Below are positions 49,093 through 51,842 of a stretch of DNA of 51,842 nucleotides, piece by piece. Position numbers and translations under genes: made by a program. The stretch is from assembly GCA_038042015.1 (NCBI GenBank), contig JBBTFC010000068.1, positions 3,851-55,692 on the forward strand. Reading direction: 5' to 3'. Position 1 is the stretch's first letter; each line of letters opens with the position of its first letter. The notes under the pieces were generated by a model, which was given only the letters and a program-made list of their open reading frames with translations, was not told where the DNA came from and did no database searches. Source of the stretch: Deltaproteobacteria bacterium. Lineage in GTDB: Bacteria > Desulfobacterota > GWC2-55-46 > UBA9637.

Positions 49093-51747
49093 TTACACAG
49101 ATTTTAAAAGACCAATCTTTTCTTTATCGGTATAATCTGCTTTCGTAATCTGTGTAATCGTTTTACCCTCTCCTTTTATTTTTAATATTTGGAAAAGACG
49201 GCTCTCATTAAGAGAGATGCCAAAAAGATATGCTATTATCTCATAAGGCCTTACGCTTCCTCTTTCCCCCCTGTCAAGCGTCAATTGGATTGTGGCATTA
49301 TCATCTGCAAGGGAAAGTTTTTTTATAAGCGGTCTTATATTTATACTCCTTTTCTTTTCTTCCCTTTGTTGATGGATGATAATCTCATCCTTTTCCAAAA
49401 CTCTGTTTATAAGCCCTTGCAACTGCGCGGCCCGGCCTTCTGCCTGGTTTCCGGTAAACACGGTTAAAGACGCCGATAAATCAGCAGCTGCGGAAATCAG
49501 ATAGGTTGTCTCAGTGATAATAGCAGAGACCGAATGAAGTTTCAATGGTATATCCCTTGCTTCTAAAATCTTAATTCCGTCAGGCAGCGCCGTATTGAGC
49601 CTTTTATGAATTTCATCCGGCTTCATATGTTCTGTTAATTCCAGAACTGCCTCTTCCGCAATACTTTCTATACCCACAGGAAGGGGCTGGCTAAAAACTA
49701 TTTTTGGAAGCGGATGAAAACCGGCAGAATAAACAATAGGGATGTCCGCCCTTCTTATTGCCCTGAAAAACAGGGTTACAAGTTCCAGATGCCCAAGATA
49801 CTTCATCTGCCCTGTTTTGGAGAAAATTAATCTTATTTTACAAGCTGATGGCTGATTGTTGCTTGCCGACGTTCTTTTTAATTTTGACTCTCTGACTCTT
49901 TGACCCTCTGACTCTCTATAAAAGCTTATATTCTTCACCACCTTGTGGTCGCATATGCCGCAGATACTGCATTTGTCTGTCTTACAGTCAGCCGTCTCTT
50001 CAAGCAGGAGAGACCTTTCGTATTCTTTATACAAAAACTCTTTATCAACCCTTGTATTGAGATGTCCCCAGGGAAACACCTCGTCTTTAGCCCGCCTTCT
50101 GTGTGTATAAAATTCCGGGTCAATCCCTGAATCTTTAAACACCCTTTCCCAGATATCAAATCTGAACTGCTCCCCCCAGCCATCAAAACGGCAACCTGCC
50201 TCAAACGCAGCCATTATGGCGCCTGAAAGCCTTCTATCGCCTCTTGAAAACACACCTTCCATAAAACTCATCCCTGCGTCATGCCATTTAAAATCAAGCC
50301 TGCGCTTCTTGAGTTCCTTTCTTAAGAATGTCTGCCTCTCCAGACATTCCTCCGGTTTTATCTGCGGTTCCCACTGAAACGGCGTATGCGGTTTTGGTAT
50401 GAATTGAGAAACGCTGACATTTACCTCGGGCCTGAAGCCATGCCTTTTACCGGCTTCCTGAACCCTGCCGGACAGCTCAACAATTCCCATGATATCGTTA
50501 AAAGTTTCTGTTGGAAGTCCTATCATGTAATAGAGTTTTATTGACCTCCACCCCATGTCAAAGGCATTTCCCGCAGTTTCTATCAGGGCATCTTCTGAGA
50601 CCACCTTGTTTATCACATGTCTCAGTCTTTCGCTTCCTGCCTCAGGCGCCATTGTAAATCCGGTTTTCCTAACCCTCTTTATTTCTTCAATAAGCCCTTG
50701 TTTAAGCGTCCCTACCCGCATGGACGGAAGAGACACAGCTATCTTTTTATCTGCAAACCTGTCCATAAAATTTATCAGCACATCCTGTATACAGGAGTAG
50801 TCCCCTGAGCTTAATGATAAAAAAGACACCTCACCATAGCCTGTATTTTTCAAGGCCTCTTCAATTATCTTTATTATGTTTTCAGGAGACCTTTCCCTGT
50901 TAGGTCTGTAAATCATCCCCGCCTGACAGAACCTGCATCCCCTTGTGCATCCCCTGTTTATCTCCACGGTAAGATGATCATGGACAATCTGCGGAAAAGG
51001 CACAACAGGCCTTACCGGCAGCGGTAAAGTATTTATGTCCGCAACTATCCTTTTGTTTACACATTTATAATCTTTCACCAGGGGGATTATCTCTTTAATG
51101 GTTCCATCTGTATTGTACTTAAAATCAAAAAATGACGGCACATACACACCTTCAATCTGAGATAGCTTCTTTAGCAAATCCACGCGTTTCCATTTATGGG
51201 ACTTACAGTCCATCACAACATCGGAAATCTCTAATATAACCTCTTCCCCGTCGCCAAGGACAAATATATCAAAGAAGTCTGCAATAGGTTCCGGGTTGAA
51301 TACAACAGGACCGCCTCCGATTATAAGCGGATGTGTTTCGCCTCTGTCTTTTGAATAGAGCGGGATATTTCCGAGATTAAGAATATTCAGGATATTTGTA
51401 TAGGAAAGTTCATATTGGATTGAAAAACCAAGCACATCCAGTTCATACAGTGGAATACCGGATTCAAGTGTCGCAAGCGGAAGCCCCTTATCTCTCAGGA
51501 GCTTTTCCATATCAACCCACGGCGAAAAGACCCTCTCACATGCTATATCAGCCCTGCTGTTCAATATCTGATAGAGAATCTGCATTCCGAGATGGCTCAT
51601 GCCAACCTCATAGACATCAGGAAATGCAAGGCCGAACTTAAGATTTACGCTTGAAAGGTCTTTTTTAACCGAGTTTATCTCGCCGCCTATATACCTGCCA
51701 GGCCTTGAAACAAGCGCAAGATAGTTTTTTATGTTAAATGCTGTCAT
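49093..51747 (-). CDS. Radical SAM protein (TIGR03960-type, B12-binding-like N-domain) fused to a DUF2344/TIGR03936-type domain
   Basis: 884 aa with the CTRGCRFCQAG radical SAM cluster motif. The C-terminal domain begins at KIRLIFSKTGQMKYLGHLE. It sits next to rng, a recurrent synteny. The inter-domain linker is a translated family A repeat. Confidence 0.8.
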   Translation of the reverse strand: MTAFNIKNYLALVSRPGRYIGGEINSVKKDLSSVNLKFGLAFPDVYEVGMSHLGMQILYQILNSRADIACERVFSPWVDMEKLLRDKGLPLATLESGIPLYELDVLGFSIQYELSYTNILNILNLGNIPLYSKDRGETHPLIIGGGPVVFNPEPIADFFDIFVLGDGEEVILEISDVVMDCKSHKWKRVDLLKKLSQIEGVYVPSFFDFKYNTDGTIKEIIPLVKDYKCVNKRIVADINTLPLPVRPVVPFPQIVHDHLTVEINRGCTRGCRFCQAGMIYRPNRERSPENIIKIIEEALKNTGYGEVSFLSLSSGDYSCIQDVLINFMDRFADKKIAVSLPSMRVGTLKQGLIEEIKRVRKTGFTMAPEAGSERLRHVINKVVSEDALIETAGNAFDMGWRSIKLYYMIGLPTETFNDIMGIVELSGRVQEAGKRHGFRPEVNVSVSQFIPKPHTPFQWEPQIKPEECLERQTFLRKELKKRRLDFKWHDAGMSFMEGVFSRGDRRLSGAIMAAFEAGCRFDGWGEQFRFDIWERVFKDSGIDPEFYTHRRRAKDEVFPWGHLNTRVDKEFLYKEYERSLLLEETADCKTDKCSICGICDHKVVKNISFYRESEGQRVRESKLKRTSASNNQPSACKIRLIFSKTGQMKYLGHLELVTLFFRAIRRADIPIVYSAGFHPLPKIVFSQPLPVGIESIAEEAVLELTEHMKPDEIHKRLNTALPDGIKILEARDIPLKLHSVSAIITETTYLISAAADLSASLTVFTGNQAEGRAAQLQGLINRVLEKDEIIIHQQREEKKRSINIRPLIKKLSLADDNATIQLTLDRGERGSVRPYEIIAYLFGISLNESRLFQILKIKGEGKTITQITKADYTDKEKIGLLKSV
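49874..49920. repeat. Family A word repeat translated as the inter-domain linker of the radical SAM fusion
   Basis: The minus-strand sequence tatagagagtcagagggtcaaagagtcagagagtcaaaattaaaaag matches 4908-4952 (tatagagtcagagagtcaaagattcagagagtcagagttaaaaac) at about 40 of 45-47 aligned positions by eye. It is translated as YRESEGQRVRESKLKR. Confidence 0.8.
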
Positions 51748-51842
51748 AGATATTTTTTTGATAATGGCTAAATTAACATAACAGTATGATTGATTACAAT
51801 TTGAAATTTGCCTGTTTCTGTTTCTCCTGTATATTTATTATA

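Noticed and set aside
4908-49920. CRISPR array among the many short repeats
   Set aside because: No set of identical 25-40 nt repeats is separated by unique spacers of uniform length. The repeats are tandem words and inverted arms, and no cas genes are present.

Overview
This is a 51.8 kb, moderately AT-rich bacterial chromosome segment with about 47 protein genes, all but six on the minus strand. The taxon cannot be assigned from sequence alone. Gene content suggests an anaerobic Gram-negative with heavy c-type cytochrome use.

(1) 0.4-12.4 kb is housekeeping. It holds ppdK, a Nif3-like gene, yqeY, rpsU, the mglA-mglB GTPase/GAP pair, a four-subunit pyruvate:ferredoxin oxidoreductase (porGDAB), recR-ybaB-dnaX, a 102-nt SRP RNA and two tandem tRNA-Ser genes.

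(2) 12.5-29.1 kb holds two back-to-back minus-strand operons, and this is the most unusual part of the window.
- The upstream operon (29129 down to 19304) encodes a YVTN beta-propeller lipoprotein, a roughly 730-aa outer-membrane-type beta-barrel with an inserted discoidin-like domain, three paralogous small-lipoprotein modules, a pentaheme/FN3 protein, a HAMP-only membrane protein and a parvulin PPIase.
- The downstream operon (19232 down to 12498) encodes a 26-heme lipoprotein cytochrome, a 16-heme cytochrome, an NHL propeller, a triheme c7-type lipoprotein, another lipoprotein and an HD-GYP response regulator.

(3) 29.4-31.8 kb on the plus strand holds a DUF2065-like gene, a SpoIID/LytB-like gene and queA.

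(4) 32.3-41.0 kb is a second redox island. It has three genes carrying four more copies of the c7-type triheme module, a TPR protein, a diheme cytochrome c fused to an EB_dh/DOMON-like domain, and an internally deleted transposase remnant. It also has a second stand-alone EB_dh-like paralog and mono- and diheme class I cytochromes c.

(5) 41.2-51.8 kb is housekeeping again: tRNA-Ser(UGA), rel, an HDAC-family deacetylase, a family-4 UDG, a PLC-like protein, coaBC, rng and a fused radical SAM protein (TIGR03960/TIGR03936 type).

By direct counting the window holds 66 CXXCH motifs plus one CX4CH motif in 10 genes.

A second layer is not explained by genes. Operon spacers are filled with hairpins built from short repeated words, plus a GC-rich GTAGAGRCG palindrome family. 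Copies of two word families are translated in frame as linkers inside the UDG and the radical SAM fusion. No CRISPR array, rRNA, prophage or intact mobile element was seen. All family names are recognised from memory of motifs. No database search was run.
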